A stretch of 64,000 nt of DNA from Candidatus Oxydemutatoraceae bacterium (GCA_965219575.1 OZ244779.1:1-64000); one strand, 5' to 3'. Positions 53,001 through 63,638 are shown, counted from the stretch's first letter. Numbers and translations are program-made. Notes: a model not told the origin generated them from the sequence alone.

Positions 53001-56000
53001 GTTCGCATCCGTTGCCACATAATCTTCCGGCATCTCAAGTATCACACTAGCTTGGGTCGTAGTAGTGATGAACAAGGCTTTACCCGATGTTTGCGCCCAG
53101 CGATAACTCAACGGAACATTAATCTCACTATTCTGAGAAGATGCCGTCAGTGTGATGCGCTCACCCTCGGCAACAGCCTCGGTCGGCACACCGATAACCT
53201 CCACGCTTAAACCTTGTAATAAATCTAGCCCTCGATAGGCTAAGAAATCGGATGCAACTTCTTCGTTATAGCCTTGTCCGTCGGTATAATTTACTATCAC
53301 ACGATACTGGATGACATCTCTGGTATACTTTGGCGCGGTATACGCTTCGCTCGTGCCGGCAGGAACATTTATCCATGCGGTTGCGGTGCTTTCTCTGCTT
53401 TGCCATTGATAGCCGATAGTGCCGACACCACCGTCGGGGTCGCCGCTCAAATCTATAGCCGGCGCAGTAAGCACTCTGTCACTTAGACTTGGTGCGCCCA
53501 ATGTCGCAATCTGTCCGTTGTTGCGCTTAGCTATAGTGATTTCTATCTGCCGCGTAATGATGCCCACATAACTACTCGCTTCCAATGTCAACTCTGCATT
53601 AGCGGTGTTCGCATCCGGTGCCACATAATCTTCCGGCACCTCCAGTATCACACTAGCCTGGGTCATAATAGTGATGAACAAGGCTTTACCCGATGTTTGC
53701 GTCCAGCGATAACTCAACGGAACATTAATCTCACTGCCTTGAGAAGATGCCGTCAATGTAATGCGCTCACCTTCGGCAACAGCCTCGGTCGGCACACCGA
53801 TAACCTCCACGCTTAAACCTTGTAATAAATCCAGTCCCTGATAGGCTGAGAAATCGGATGCAACTTCTTCGTTATAGCCTTGCCCGTCGGTATAACTTAC
53901 TATCACACGATACTGGACGATACCTCTGGTATACTTCGGCGCGGTATATATTTCGCTCGTGCCGTCAACTACATTCACCCATGCGGTTCCGGTACTCTCT
54001 CTGCTCTGCCACTGATAGTCGATGCTGCCAATGCCGCCGTCGGGGTCGCCATTCAAATCTATAGTCGGAGCTTCAAGCTCTCTCTCGTTTAGACTCGGTG
54101 CGCCCAATGCCGAAATCCGACCGTTGTTGCGCTTGGCTATGGTTACTATGGTTATCACGACTTGTTGCGCAGTACTACCTACATCGCTAATCACATCCAA
54201 TGCAATTGTTAGATTAACACTGTTTGCATCAGCAGGCACATAATCTTTCGGCACCGCAAGCGTCACACTGCTTCGGGTTGTAGGTTCTATCAGCAAGTCT
54301 CCGTCGGATATTTGTGTCCAGCGATAACTCAACGAGGCACTGCTTTGAGAAGATGCCGTTAGTGTAATGCGTTCACCTTCACCGATAGCACCCGAAGGCA
54401 CACCAACGATTTCCACCTGCGGCATTTGTCTTATACCCGGTTGCTCTTCGGGTTGCTCGGGGATTACTGTATTATCTCTATATTTAAGTACCGGATATTG
54501 CTCAAATGTACCGAAATCCCATACCTCCGAGTCCCAACCATAATAGATCTCGGTTTGAGTGCTTCCCGGAGCTATCGGGGATTGCAGTTGTATGGTCGTT
54601 AAACCCAACCCAAAACCACCGCCGGAAATCCCGCTAACATCTATATCCCAATAACTATTGAAAACACCGCTATTGTTGGGACTGTTAAATCCTAGTATTC
54701 CTCCAACATCGGTAGAACTACCTCTACTAATTCTAGGAACCGTATAGCTATTAGTAATCGTTGCTCCGCCAAAGTTACAACCCACTATGCCACCGATATA
54801 GCTACCGCCTGAAACGCTCACATTCGTATAACTGTTAGTAATCGTGCCGTAGTTGTCGCCGACCAAGCCGCCGACACTATCCCCTCCCATTACTCTACCT
54901 GTGGCATAACTGTTACTAATCACACCTCTACTATTGTGACCGACCAAGCTACCGTTACCCCAGTTCCCCCTAACACTCACATTGATTAAACCGACACCTT
55001 CAATCCGTGCCGGCTCTGCTATTCTTCCGAACAAACCCATTTCACCGCTAGAAGGTCTGTTTATCATCAGATTAGAGATTCTGTATCTGTTAGCCTTAAA
55101 TATCGCAGTAAACGGATTATCCCATGCCCCAATCGGTTGCCAGCCCGATCCCGTCGTCCAAATGACTTTATTAGTCGTTGAACTATAGCTGTCAAAGTCG
55201 TTGAAGTCTAAATTGTTGGCTAGTTCGTACCCTTTACAACCGGTAGCAGGGCAACCTGCAGTAATTTTTGTCTGTAATGTACTCTGTCTATAACCCGTAC
55301 CATCCAACTGATAGCGGATTGCGTTCAATCCCTCCAGATTGCATAGCTCTATCAGACCGTCGTCGTCTTGATCTATATCCATTGCCTCACAGGATGTCGG
55401 GTTTGCTATGCTTATAACCGGTTGAGAGAAATCCTCTCTCTCATAAACCATGGCTTGTGATATAACTTCCTCGCTGTAGCCTTGCCCGTCGGTGTAACTC
55501 ATGATTACGCGATATTGGACAGTGCCGAAAACATTCTCCGGAATGGTATACGCCTCATTTTTGCCGGCGGGCACATTCACCCATGCGGTTCGGCTGCCCT
55601 CTCTGCTTTGCCATTGATAGCCGATAGTGCTACCGCCGCCGTCGGGGTCGTCGCTCAAATCTATAGCCGGGGCAGTAAGTTCTCTTTCGTTCAGACTCGG
55701 TGCGCCCAATGCGGCAATCTTGCCGTTGTTGCGCTTAGCGATGGTGATTACTACCTGTTGTGTAGTACTGCCTACATTGCTAATTACATTCAGCATAATT
55801 GCTAGATTGACGGCACTTGCATCATTAGGCATATAATCTTCCGGCACTTCAATCGTCACACTGCTTAATGTTGTAGGCTCTATCAGCAAGTCTCCGCCTG
55901 ATGTTTGCGACCAGCGGTAACTCAACGGAATGTTGCTTGCATTGCTTGGGGAAGATGCCGTTAGTGTAATGCTATCACCTTCGTCAATAGCACCCGCTGG

Positions 56001-59000
56001 CACACCGGCTATCTGCACTTGTAGCATTTGCGGCACATTCTCAAGCGGTTCTCTACCTTGATTAGGTATCACAGTGCCGTCGCTATATTTAAGCGCAGGG
56101 TATTGTTCGGATGTGCCGAAATCCCACACATCGGTACTCCAGCTTCTGTATATCCCGGTTGCCGTTATAGGTGATTGTAGTTGTGCCGTGGTCTTGCCTG
56201 CGCCGCCACGACCGGCACTCGTCTCACTGCCACTAGTCTCTGTATCCCAATAGCTGTCTGTAACACTACCCCCGTCTCTACCACGACCAACTAAACCTCC
56301 CACATTGTCATTCCCCATAACAAAACCTGTCGCATAGCTGTTCGTGATATCACCATCATTCAAACCAACTAATCCACCTATGGCAAAATAAGAAAAAGCT
56401 CCTGTAACAGAACCCGTCGCATAGCTGTTCATAACACTACCGTATAAACGACCGACTAAACCGCCTACCTCGGCAAACGAAGAAGTCGCCGTAGCAGAAC
56501 CCGTCGCATAGCTACTCGTGATAGCACCATTACTTAAACCAACTAAACCTCCCACATAATCAGCCCCCTTAACGGAACCTTTTGCATAGCTGTTCGTGAT
56601 AATGCTATCACCACGGCCTACTAAACCTCCCACATAAAGATCTCCGGTTACATTTATATTAAGTAGACCAATATTATTGATTTTAGACCGGCGTCCGGTA
56701 TAACCGAACAACCCTATATTAGCGGAGGAGGCTCTGTTAATTATAAGGTTGGCAATGGTATGGCCGCTGCCATCAAAAGTTGCCCCGAAAGCATTAGAAG
56801 AGGAATTTCCGATCGGCGGCCAGCCTGCACCTGTAGTCCATCTGCGTTTGTTTGCCGATGCATTACGATAGCTTGCATCGTCGTTGAAATCCAAATCTCT
56901 GGTTAGCTCATAGCCTTTGCAACCGGTGGCAGGACAACCTAAGGTAATCTTTGTTGCCCCTCCGCTTGCTTTATAGCCCGTGCCGTCCATCTGATAACGC
57001 ATTGCGTTCAATCCTTCCAAGTCGCATATCTCTATCAGACCGTCGTCATCTTGATCTATGTCCGTTGTGCTACAAGATACCAGAACAACTATGCTGACGG
57101 GAATATCTATGCTCTCGTAGACTACGGCTTGTGAGATGATCTCTTCGCTGTAGCCTTGCCCGTCGGTGTAACTCATGACCACACGATACTGGACAGTACC
57201 GAAAACATTCTCCGGAATGGTATACGCCTCGCTCGTGCCGGCAGGCACATTTATCCATGCGGTTGCGGTACTCTCTCTGCTTTGCCATTGATAGCCGATA
57301 GTGCTAACGCCGCCGTCGGGGTCGCCACTCAAATCTATAGCCGGGGCGGTAAGCACCCTCTCGTTCAGACTCGGTGCGCCCAATGCCGCAACCTTGCCAT
57401 TGTTGCGCTTGGCTATGGTGATGACTACTTGTTGTGCAGTACTGCCTACATCGCTAATCACATCCAGCATGATTGCTAGATTAACGGTGTTTGCATCAGC
57501 AGACACATAATCTTCCGGCACCTCAATCGTCACACTGCTTCGGGTTGTAGGCTCTATCAGCAAGTCTCCGTCCGATATTTGTGTCCAGCGATAACGCAAT
57601 GGAATGTTACTCGTATTGTCTGAAGAAGATGCGGTTAGTGTAATGCTATCACCTTCGTTAATAGCACCCGCTGGCACACCAGCAATCTCTACTTGCGACA
57701 TTTGTAGCACATCCTCAGGCTGCACTCTACCTTGATTAGGCATAAATGTGCCGTCGCTATATTTGAGTGCCGGATATTGTTCGGATGTACCGAAATCCCA
57801 TACTTGAGTACTCCAGCTACTATATATCCCGGTTGCCACCGTAAGTGATTGTAGTTCTATCGTAGTCTTACCCTCACCACCGGCACTCGTCATTTGTCCA
57901 CTAGTCCATCTATCCCAATAGCTACTCGTAATGGCATCAGCATCATCATTAAGACCAATTAAACCGCCTATTGAACTAGACCCTGAAACCTCACTCGTCG
58001 CATAGCTGTTCGTGATACTACCACCATAACTATTGCCGACTAAACCGCCTACAGCAGACATTCCTTCAATGGAACCCATTGCATAACTGTCGATGATGCG
58101 ACCATGATTGGAACCGACTAATCCGCCTGCTCCTAGTGCTCCTCCTCTAATCAAAACCACCGCATAGCTATTCGCAATGCTACCATTACTATTCAAACCA
58201 ACCAATCCACCTGTCCTGCCATAATTCCCTCTCACAAAACCCGTCACATAGCTGTTGCTAATCACACCTTGATTATTAAATCCAACTAAACCACCAACTG
58301 CCCAATTCGCACGAACATTCACATTGATTAAACCAACACCATTAATCCTTGCCTGACTTCCTACCCTACCGAAAAGACCAACTTCATTGGTTGTTAAAAA
58401 TCTATCTATATTCAGATTAGAAATAGTATGACTGTTGCCTTCAAAAATCGCATTGAAGGGCGTAGTATTCGTACTGACGGATGACTGATATTGCCTATAC
58501 TCGGCATGTCCTAGCGGTGACCAGCCGTCGCCCGTAGTCCAGACAACCTTGTTAGATGTTGAACTATAGCTGTTAACATCATTAAAGTCTAAATCTCTAG
58601 TGAGCTCATAACCTATGCAACCACCATTGGGACGACAACCCATAGTAATCACCGGCGCAGACTCATTTGCTTTATAGCCCGTGCCGTCTAAGCGATAGCG
58701 GATTGCGTTCAATCCCTCCAAGTCGCATATCTCTATCAGACCGTCGTCGTCTTGGTCTATATCGGTTGTTCCACAGGATGTTAGGCTTGCTATTTCTATA
58801 AGAGAATATCTGCTTTCATAGACTACGGCTTGCGATATAACTTCTTCGCTATAGCCTTGCCCGTCGGTATAACTCACGACCACACGATACTGGACGACAC
58901 CGCCGGTATACTTCGGCGCGGTATACGCCTCGCTCGTGCCGTCAACTACATTCGCCCATGCGGCTTCAGTGCTTTCTCTGCTTTGCCATTGATAGCCGAT

Positions 59001-62000
59001 AGTGCTAACGCCGCCGTCGGGGTCGCCACTCAAATCTATAGCCGGGGCGGTAAGCACCCTCTCGTTCAGACTCGGTGCGCCCAATGCCGCAATCTGCCCG
59101 TTGTTGCGTTTGGCTATGGTCATTACTACTTGTTGTGTGGTGATGCCTACATCACTAACCGCTTTCAATATTAACGTTATATCACTACTGTTTGCATTTG
59201 CCTCAACATAATCTTCCGGCACTTCAAGCCATATCATGCTCAAGGTCGTAGAATCTGTCCGTAAAACTTTGCCCGAGGTTTGCTCCCAGCGATAATGCAG
59301 TGGAATATCATTGCTCATACTGTAATCAGAAAATGCCTCAAGCATAATCTGATTCCCCTCGGCAACAGCATCCGTCGGCACACCGGTTATCTCCACGCCC
59401 AGCTTCTGTGATAAATCCGGTCGCCCTCTAGGCTGATTGGACATCACCGTGCCGTCGCTATATTTAAGTGTCGGATACTGACTGTTGGTGCCGAAATCCC
59501 ACACATCGGTACTCCAGCTACTATATATCCCGGTTGCCACCGTAAGTGATTGTAGTTCTATCGTAGTCTTACCCTCACCACCGGCACTCGTCATTTGTCC
59601 ACTAGTCCATCTATCCCAATAGCTACTCGTAATGGCATCAGCATCATCATTAAGACCAATTAAACCGCCTATTGAACTAGACCCTGAAACCTCACTCGTC
59701 GCATAGCTGTTCGTGATACTACCACCATAACTATTGCCGACTAAACCGCCTACAGCAGACATTCCTTCAATGGAACCCATTGCATAACTGTCGGTGATGC
59801 GACCATGATTGGAACCGACCAATCCACCTGCTCCTAGTGCTCCTCCTCTAATCAAAACCACCGCATAGCTATTCGCAATGCTACCATTACTATTCAAACC
59901 AACCAATCCACCTGTCCTGCCATAATTCCCTCTCACAGAACCCGTCACATAGCTGTTGCTAATCACACCTTGATTATTAAATCCAACTAAACCACCAACT
60001 GCCCAATTCGCACGAACATTCACATTGATTAAACCAACACCATTAATCCTTGCCTGACTTCCTACCCTACCGAACAGACCAACTTCATTGGTTGTTAAAA
60101 ATCTATCTATATTCAGATTAGAAATAGTATGACTGTTGCCTTCAAAAATCGCATTGAAGGGCGTAGTATTCGTACTGACGGATGACTGATATTGCCTATA
60201 CTCGGCATGTCCTAGCGGTGACCAGCCTGCGCCCGTAGTCCAGACAACCTTGTTAGATGTTGAACTATAGCTGTCGTCGTCGTTGAAATCTAAATCTCGG
60301 GTTAGCTCATAACCCGTGCAACCACCATTAAGGCGACAACCTATGGTAATCACTGGCGCAGACTCATGTGCTTTATAGCCCGTGCCGTCCATCTGATTGC
60401 GGATTGCGTTCAGTCCCTCCAAGTTGCATATCTCTATCAGACCGTCGTCGTCTTGGTCTATATCGGTTGTTCCACAGGATGTTAAGCTTGCTATTTCTAT
60501 GAGAGAATATCTGCTCTCGTAGACTATGGCTTGCGAGATAACTTCTTCGCTGTAGCCTTGCCTGTCGGTATAACTCACGACCACGCGATATTGGACAGTA
60601 CCGAAAACATTTCCCGGAATAGTATACGACTCGCTCGTGCCGGCAGGCACATTGACCCATGCGGTTCGGGTAGTTTGGCTGTTCTCTCTACTTTGCCATT
60701 GATAGCCGATAGTGCTAACGCTGCCGTCGGGGTCGCCATTCAAATCTATAGCCGGGGCGGTAAGCACCCTCTCGTTCAGACTCGGCTCACCCAATGCGGT
60801 AATCTGACCGTTGTTGCGCTTGGCTATGGTGATTTCTATCTGCCGTGTAATGTTACCCTCATCACTCATTGCTATCAGCATGACTGCTAAATTGATGGTG
60901 TTTGCATCGGCAGACACATAATCTTCCGGCACCTCAATCGTCACACTGCTTAAAGTTGTAGGTTCTATCAGCAAAGTTCCGCCTGAGGTTTGCGACCAGC
61001 TATAATTCAATGAGATGTCGCTCGCATTGTCTGGAGAAGATGCCGTTAATGTGATTCTATCACCTTCGGCAACAGCACCTGTCGGCACGCCGGCGATCTC
61101 TATTTGTGGCATTTGCGGTATATATAGCGACTCTCTAGGTTGATTGGGCATTACCGTGCCGTCGCTATATCTAAGTGCAGGATATTGCGCGGATGTACCA
61201 AAATCCCATACTTCGGTACTCCAACTTCTATATATCCCAGTTGCCGTCGTGGGTTCTTGTAGTGCTAGTGTTGTTTTACCTCCGCCACCGGCACTCGTCT
61301 CTCGCCCGCTAGTCTGCTTATCCCAGTAGCTGTTCGTGTAAGTGCCTGTACGACGCCAAGGTTTCGTACCAACTAGGCCGCCTATTCTTCTATGCCCTGA
61401 AACAGAACCTGTCGCATAGCTGCTCGTGATAGTACCTCCATAATTATAGCCGACTAAACCGCCTATATCAGAATACCCTTTGGCAGAACCTGTCGCATAG
61501 GTGTTTGTGATGAAACCAGCATCATTGGAACCGACTAAACCGCCTGCTTGATGTCTTCCTGTGACAAAACCCGTCGCATAGCTGCTCGTGATAGTACCTT
61601 CATAATTATAGCCGACTAAACCGCCTATATTATAACGCTGTCCCTTGACAGAACCTGTCGCATAGCTGCTCGTGATAGTACCTTCATGATTATAGCCGAC
61701 TAAACCGCCTATATAATGACCCCCCTCAACAGAACCCGTCGCATAGCTGCTCGTGATAGTACCTTCATAATTATAGCCAACCAAACCGCCCACATCAACA
61801 GCTCCAACCACATCTACATTAAATAAACCAATGTTTCTAATTTTAGATTGCTTCACTACATAACCGAATAAACCAATGTCCATCCACTTCACATTAGTGA
61901 ACCAAGCTCCACGAGTGCGGAGAGAAGTGGGGAGAGATCTGTTAATCATGAGGTTAGAAATGGTATGACCATTGCCGTCAAAGGTTGCCATAAAAGGCCT

Positions 62001-62429
62001 GTTTCTGTTATGGGGGTAGTAGTAACCTAAATTATACCCAATCGGCTCCCAGCCTGCGCCCGTAGTCCAGACAACCTTGTTTGCCGTTGTGTTGTAGCTG
62101 TTGTCGTCGTTGAAATCTAAATCTCGGGTTAGCTCATAACCCGTGCATCCACCATCAAGGCGACAACCCACAGTAATCACCGGCGCAAACTCGCCTGCTT
62201 TATAACCTGTGCCGTCCAACTGATAGCGGATTGCGTTCAGTCCTTCCAAGTCGCATATTTCTATCAGACCGTCGTCGTCTCGGTCTATGTCGGTCAAAGT
62301 GCAGGGTGCCGTTTGTGCCAGAGCAGATTGTGAACCCATAGCAATAGCTGAGGCTACAACCAGTATACAGGAGGCTTGCAGAAATCTGCTTTTGCTTTTA
62401 ACTTTGAAATCAGGAAATGCCGTTTCCAT
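50013..62429 (-). CDS. Giant secreted GLUG-repeat/Ig-like surface protein (putative adhesin), 4138 aa
   Basis: Signal peptide (..SALA/Q); six DxDxDDDGLIEIC-GYEL-(GGLVG)n-WDFGT modules interleaved with PKD/Ig-like pairs; cadherin-like region; terminal IRIRAKVFLEGFLQ. Confidence 0.88.
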   Translation of the reverse strand: METAFPDFKVKSKSRFLQASCILVVASAIAMGSQSALAQTAPCTLTDIDRDDDGLIEICDLEGLNAIRYQLDGTGYKAGEFAPVITVGCRLDGGCTGYELTRDLDFNDDNSYNTTANKVVWTTGAGWEPIGYNLGYYYPHNRNRPFMATFDGNGHTISNLMINRSLPTSLRTRGAWFTNVKWMDIGLFGYVVKQSKIRNIGLFNVDVVGAVDVGGLVGYNYEGTITSSYATGSVEGGHYIGGLVGYNHEGTITSSYATGSVKGQRYNIGGLVGYNYEGTITSSYATGFVTGRHQAGGLVGSNDAGFITNTYATGSAKGYSDIGGLVGYNYGGTITSSYATGSVSGHRRIGGLVGTKPWRRTGTYTNSYWDKQTSGRETSAGGGGKTTLALQEPTTATGIYRSWSTEVWDFGTSAQYPALRYSDGTVMPNQPRESLYIPQMPQIEIAGVPTGAVAEGDRITLTASSPDNASDISLNYSWSQTSGGTLLIEPTTLSSVTIEVPEDYVSADANTINLAVMLIAMSDEGNITRQIEITIAKRNNGQITALGEPSLNERVLTAPAIDLNGDPDGSVSTIGYQWQSRENSQTTRTAWVNVPAGTSESYTIPGNVFGTVQYRVVVSYTDRQGYSEEVISQAIVYESRYSLIEIASLTSCGTTDIDQDDDGLIEICNLEGLNAIRNQMDGTGYKAHESAPVITIGCRLNGGCTGYELTRDLDFNDDDSYSSTSNKVVWTTGAGWSPLGHAEYRQYQSSVSTNTTPFNAIFEGNSHTISNLNIDRFLTTNEVGLFGRVGSQARINGVGLINVNVRANWAVGGLVGFNNQGVISNSYVTGSVRGNYGRTGGLVGLNSNGSIANSYAVVLIRGGALGAGGLVGSNHGRITDSYAMGSIEGMSAVGGLVGNSYGGSITNSYATSEVSGSSSIGGLIGLNDDADAITSSYWDRWTSGQMTSAGGEGKTTIELQSLTVATGIYSSWSTDVWDFGTNSQYPTLKYSDGTVMSNQPRGRPDLSQKLGVEITGVPTDAVAEGNQIMLEAFSDYSMSNDIPLHYRWEQTSGKVLRTDSTTLSMIWLEVPEDYVEANANSSDITLILKAVSDVGITTQQVVMTIAKRNNGQIAALGAPSLNERVLTAPAIDLSGDPDGGVSTIGYQWQSRESTEAAWANVVDGTSEAYTAPKYTGGVVQYRVVVSYTDGQGYSEEVISQAVVYESRYSLIEIASLTSCGTTDIDQDDDGLIEICDLEGLNAIRYRLDGTGYKANESAPVITMGCRPNGGCIGYELTRDLDFNDVNSYSSTSNKVVWTTGDGWSPLGHAEYRQYQSSVSTNTTPFNAIFEGNSHTISNLNIDRFLTTNEVGLFGRVGSQARINGVGLINVNVRANWAVGGLVGFNNQGVISNSYVTGFVRGNYGRTGGLVGLNSNGSIANSYAVVLIRGGALGAGGLVGSNHGRIIDSYAMGSIEGMSAVGGLVGNSYGGSITNSYATSEVSGSSSIGGLIGLNDDADAITSSYWDRWTSGQMTSAGGEGKTTIELQSLTVATGIYSSWSTQVWDFGTSEQYPALKYSDGTFMPNQGRVQPEDVLQMSQVEIAGVPAGAINEGDSITLTASSSDNTSNIPLRYRWTQISDGDLLIEPTTRSSVTIEVPEDYVSADANTVNLAIMLDVISDVGSTAQQVVITIAKRNNGKVAALGAPSLNERVLTAPAIDLSGDPDGGVSTIGYQWQSRESTATAWINVPAGTSEAYTIPENVFGTVQYRVVMSYTDGQGYSEEIISQAVVYESIDIPVSIVVLVSCSTTDIDQDDDGLIEICDLEGLNAMRYQMDGTGYKASGGATKITLGCPATGCKGYELTRDLDFNDDASYRNASANKRRWTTGAGWPPIGNSSSNAFGATFDGSGHTIANLIINRASSANIGLFGYTGRRSKINNIGLLNINVTGDLYVGGLVGRGDSIITNSYAKGSVKGADYVGGLVGLSNGAITSSYATGSATATSSFAEVGGLVGRLYGSVMNSYATGSVTGAFSYFAIGGLVGLNDGDITNSYATGFVMGNDNVGGLVGRGRDGGSVTDSYWDTETSGSETSAGRGGAGKTTAQLQSPITATGIYRSWSTDVWDFGTSEQYPALKYSDGTVIPNQGREPLENVPQMLQVQIAGVPAGAIDEGDSITLTASSPSNASNIPLSYRWSQTSGGDLLIEPTTLSSVTIEVPEDYMPNDASAVNLAIMLNVISNVGSTTQQVVITIAKRNNGKIAALGAPSLNERELTAPAIDLSDDPDGGGSTIGYQWQSREGSRTAWVNVPAGKNEAYTIPENVFGTVQYRVIMSYTDGQGYSEEVISQAMVYEREDFSQPVISIANPTSCEAMDIDQDDDGLIELCNLEGLNAIRYQLDGTGYRQSTLQTKITAGCPATGCKGYELANNLDFNDFDSYSSTTNKVIWTTGSGWQPIGAWDNPFTAIFKANRYRISNLMINRPSSGEMGLFGRIAEPARIEGVGLINVSVRGNWGNGSLVGHNSRGVISNSYATGRVMGGDSVGGLVGDNYGTITNSYTNVSVSGGSYIGGIVGCNFGGATITNSYTVPRISRGSSTDVGGILGFNSPNNSGVFNSYWDIDVSGISGGGFGLGLTTIQLQSPIAPGSTQTEIYYGWDSEVWDFGTFEQYPVLKYRDNTVIPEQPEEQPGIRQMPQVEIVGVPSGAIGEGERITLTASSQSSASLSYRWTQISDGDLLIEPTTRSSVTLAVPKDYVPADANSVNLTIALDVISDVGSTAQQVVITIVTIAKRNNGRISALGAPSLNERELEAPTIDLNGDPDGGIGSIDYQWQSRESTGTAWVNVVDGTSEIYTAPKYTRGIVQYRVIVSYTDGQGYNEEVASDFSAYQGLDLLQGLSVEVIGVPTEAVAEGERITLTASSQGSEINVPLSYRWTQTSGKALFITIMTQASVILEVPEDYVAPDANTANAELTLEASSYVGIITRQIEITIAKRNNGQIATLGAPSLSDRVLTAPAIDLSGDPDGGVGTIGYQWQSRESTATAWINVPAGTSEAYTAPKYTRDVIQYRVIVNYTDGQGYNEEVASDFLAYRGLDLLQGLSVEVIGVPTEAVAEGERITLTASSQNSEINVPLSYRWAQTSGKALFITTTTQASVILEMPEDYVATDANTANAMLTLEASSYVGIITRQIEITIAKRNNGQIAALGAPSLNDRVLTAPAIDLSGDPDGGVGTIGYQWQSRESVGTAWTNVPAGTSEAYTAPKYTGGIVQYRVIVSYTDGQGYSEEIASDFSAYRGKTNTAPSIDVPSDNSSIRLLSGQTTRVSVVISEVDAEDIVTLTIAQIPTMTEIVLVEPPGILLGADLGETRTAEFELTALQPGSLRLRLTATDDSGTLTASAAAVELSIEIEALPLTSCGTTDVDQDDDGLIEICSLEGLNAIRYAPSGSGYRENESAIKSTVGCGEGVCRGYELSNDLDFNNDDHYQDIANKSTWTTGAGWKPLSLITRFEGNDNTISNLMINRELENDIGLFGHASGGGTKINGVGLIDVDIGGRRAVGGLVGRMGGGGIVSNSYVTGDVIGHSQTGGLVGSSLHSSISDSYAIVYVEAIGTANLSSFVGGLVGSLLASRVSGSHAIGSVKGLGRVGGLVGSNIGANGHIINSYAIANVEGSNNSVGGLIGSNNGISGSVVNSYATGKVVGVNVVGGLVGNNERNYTIRDSYSFADVRANFSVGGLAGVHVGRIINSYAVGRVEGNLGERGIGGLVGVKSEDATITASYWDKTTSERAQSAGGEGKTTALLQSPTTTTGIYSSWDLEVWDFGTATQYPALKSGAGTLMPDQRIGLSGLSILTTEEIPYLFNTEVFNYRLMIANEADTIKLLPTATPGVTDIGIMSDNGFSESVLSGNQSSPISLAASGMTMITVQVEFASQASRTYHLTISRAEQSVAVQLVGMNQPFEYVIPRNTVRGSSDGMQGYTVMRMPSWLDHAESESGLMFSGTPEADYLEDSLEEMLEVKINNADGTTQIVCLILQIDSPTTGTTVLEELPDGVLQLNDRLSDDNGIEEKTHVWEHCPVGSDAFNELEGVNGMRYTLPEGPNSAPGTAYRVRTTVVDGLGKRSEHTTQIELQGQVSEESQPPIIDEMSTGSKEQRSIRIRAKVFLEGFLQ

Positions 62430-62505
62430 AGCAGAGGAGGAAAGGGCTAATGCTAACTGTTCTTTTATTAGACAATCTTTGCAACATGCATTCTCTCCTA
62501 ATCAC

Positions 62506-63108
62506 TTAGTTGGGTTGATATACGAAAGGAGAAGCTAGACCCACGGTCTCGGCACATTGAAACTCCTCGTTATGGCTATAATTGATATATTCGGATTGAT
62601 GAACGGTTGCTGCAAAACCGGGGGCAATCGTTAGCGGATGGTTCTCCACCAACACATGTTTGCCTTCGGCTCCTTCTAGCGCATTTACCTTGACTTCACC
62701 GTAATCGCCGATGTTCATGGTTTTTTGCTTGTCGGTATAAGTGATGTCTACTTTTGCCGAATGTACGCCTTTAATCTCTCCGACCAATCCGGCAATAACC
62801 GCAGGGTGACCTCCGACTGTGCCACCCCAAATCCTCTGTAATGCTTCTGCTTGTTTCGCATCGGCTCGCTCGTCTATGTAAAGCGTGACCTGCCAGCCGC
62901 CTTCGGTCATAAGACCCGGAGCATATAGCCAAAGACCTACATTAAGCCCCGATAAATCCACATCATCCATGTAGCCTTTTTCAATCTGCCAACCCACCAT
63001 CGCGTTACAGAATCCTTGGGTGGGGGGTCTTAAAAATATACAGGGACAGACTAAATCACAGTTGCATGATTCAAAGTATTGACCTTCTAGTTTCCAATCG
63101 TTAGCCAT
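62506..63108 (-). CDS. DUF1326 family protein
   Basis: W.LEG.YFESCNCDLVCPC, YIDERA..Q..AL..I..G..GG; ATG 63108 has an AGGAGG RBS. Confidence 0.85.
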   Translation of the reverse strand: MANDWKLEGQYFESCNCDLVCPCIFLRPPTQGFCNAMVGWQIEKGYMDDVDLSGLNVGLWLYAPGLMTEGGWQVTLYIDERADAKQAEALQRIWGGTVGGHPAVIAGLVGEIKGVHSAKVDITYTDKQKTMNIGDYGEVKVNALEGAEGKHVLVENHPLTIAPGFAATVHQSEYINYSHNEEFQCAETVGLASPFVYQPN

Positions 63109-63239
63109 CGCAAACCTCCTCCTTACTAAATTCGTTAAATTATACTCTTTTAGGAAAAATTTCGCAACCAAAGTCAGAGCAAAAAACCTCCGCAATCCCT
63201 TTATTTATGCTATGATACGCTCTTTGTGGAGAGATCTTA

Positions 63240-63464
63240 ATGTCTAGAATTTGTCAAATAACGGGGAAAAAGCCCTTGAGCGGTAATAATGTGTCTCATG
63301 CGCATAATAAAACGCGGCGGCGTTTTTTGCCCAACCTGCAAACCCATCGCTTTTGGGTGGAGAGTGAAAAGCGATGGATCAGCTTGCGAGTATCGTCTAA
63401 AGGATTGCGCTTGATTGATAAAAAGGGAATAGACGCAGTCCTCGCCGATATCAAAAAACGATAA
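63240..63464 (+). CDS. rpmB: 50S ribosomal protein L28
   Basis: [29 protein letters not shown]. Confidence 0.98.
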   Translation: MSRICQITGKKPLSGNNVSHAHNKTRRRFLPNLQTHRFWVESEKRWISLRVSSKGLRLIDKKGIDAVLADIKKR

Positions 63465-63479
63465 GCCAAGGAGATTATA

Positions 63480-63638
63480 ATGCGAGAGAAAATAAAACTT
63501 GTATCCAGTGCCGGTAGCGGCCATTTTTACACCGCAACCAAAAACAAAAAGACCGCAGGCACCAAAAAACTGGAACTGAAAAAATTCGACCCGACCGTCC
63601 GCAAGCATGTAATCTATAAAGAAGCCAAAATCAAGTAA
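63480..63638 (+). CDS. rpmG: 50S ribosomal protein L33
   Basis: Manual translation [24 protein letters not shown]...[22 protein letters not shown]; follows rpmB. Confidence 0.96.
   Translation: MREKIKLVSSAGSGHFYTATKNKKTAGTKKLELKKFDPTVRKHVIYKEAKIK

Noticed and set aside
52148-61329. Recurrent plus-strand ORFs (MPVGIT..., MLTPPSG...)
   Set aside because: Antisense shadows of the repeated domains of the giant gene
50013-62429. Diversity-generating retroelement acting on the near-identical adhesin repeats
   Set aside because: No reverse transcriptase in the window; repeats are long in-frame tandem duplications with no evident adenine-specific variation
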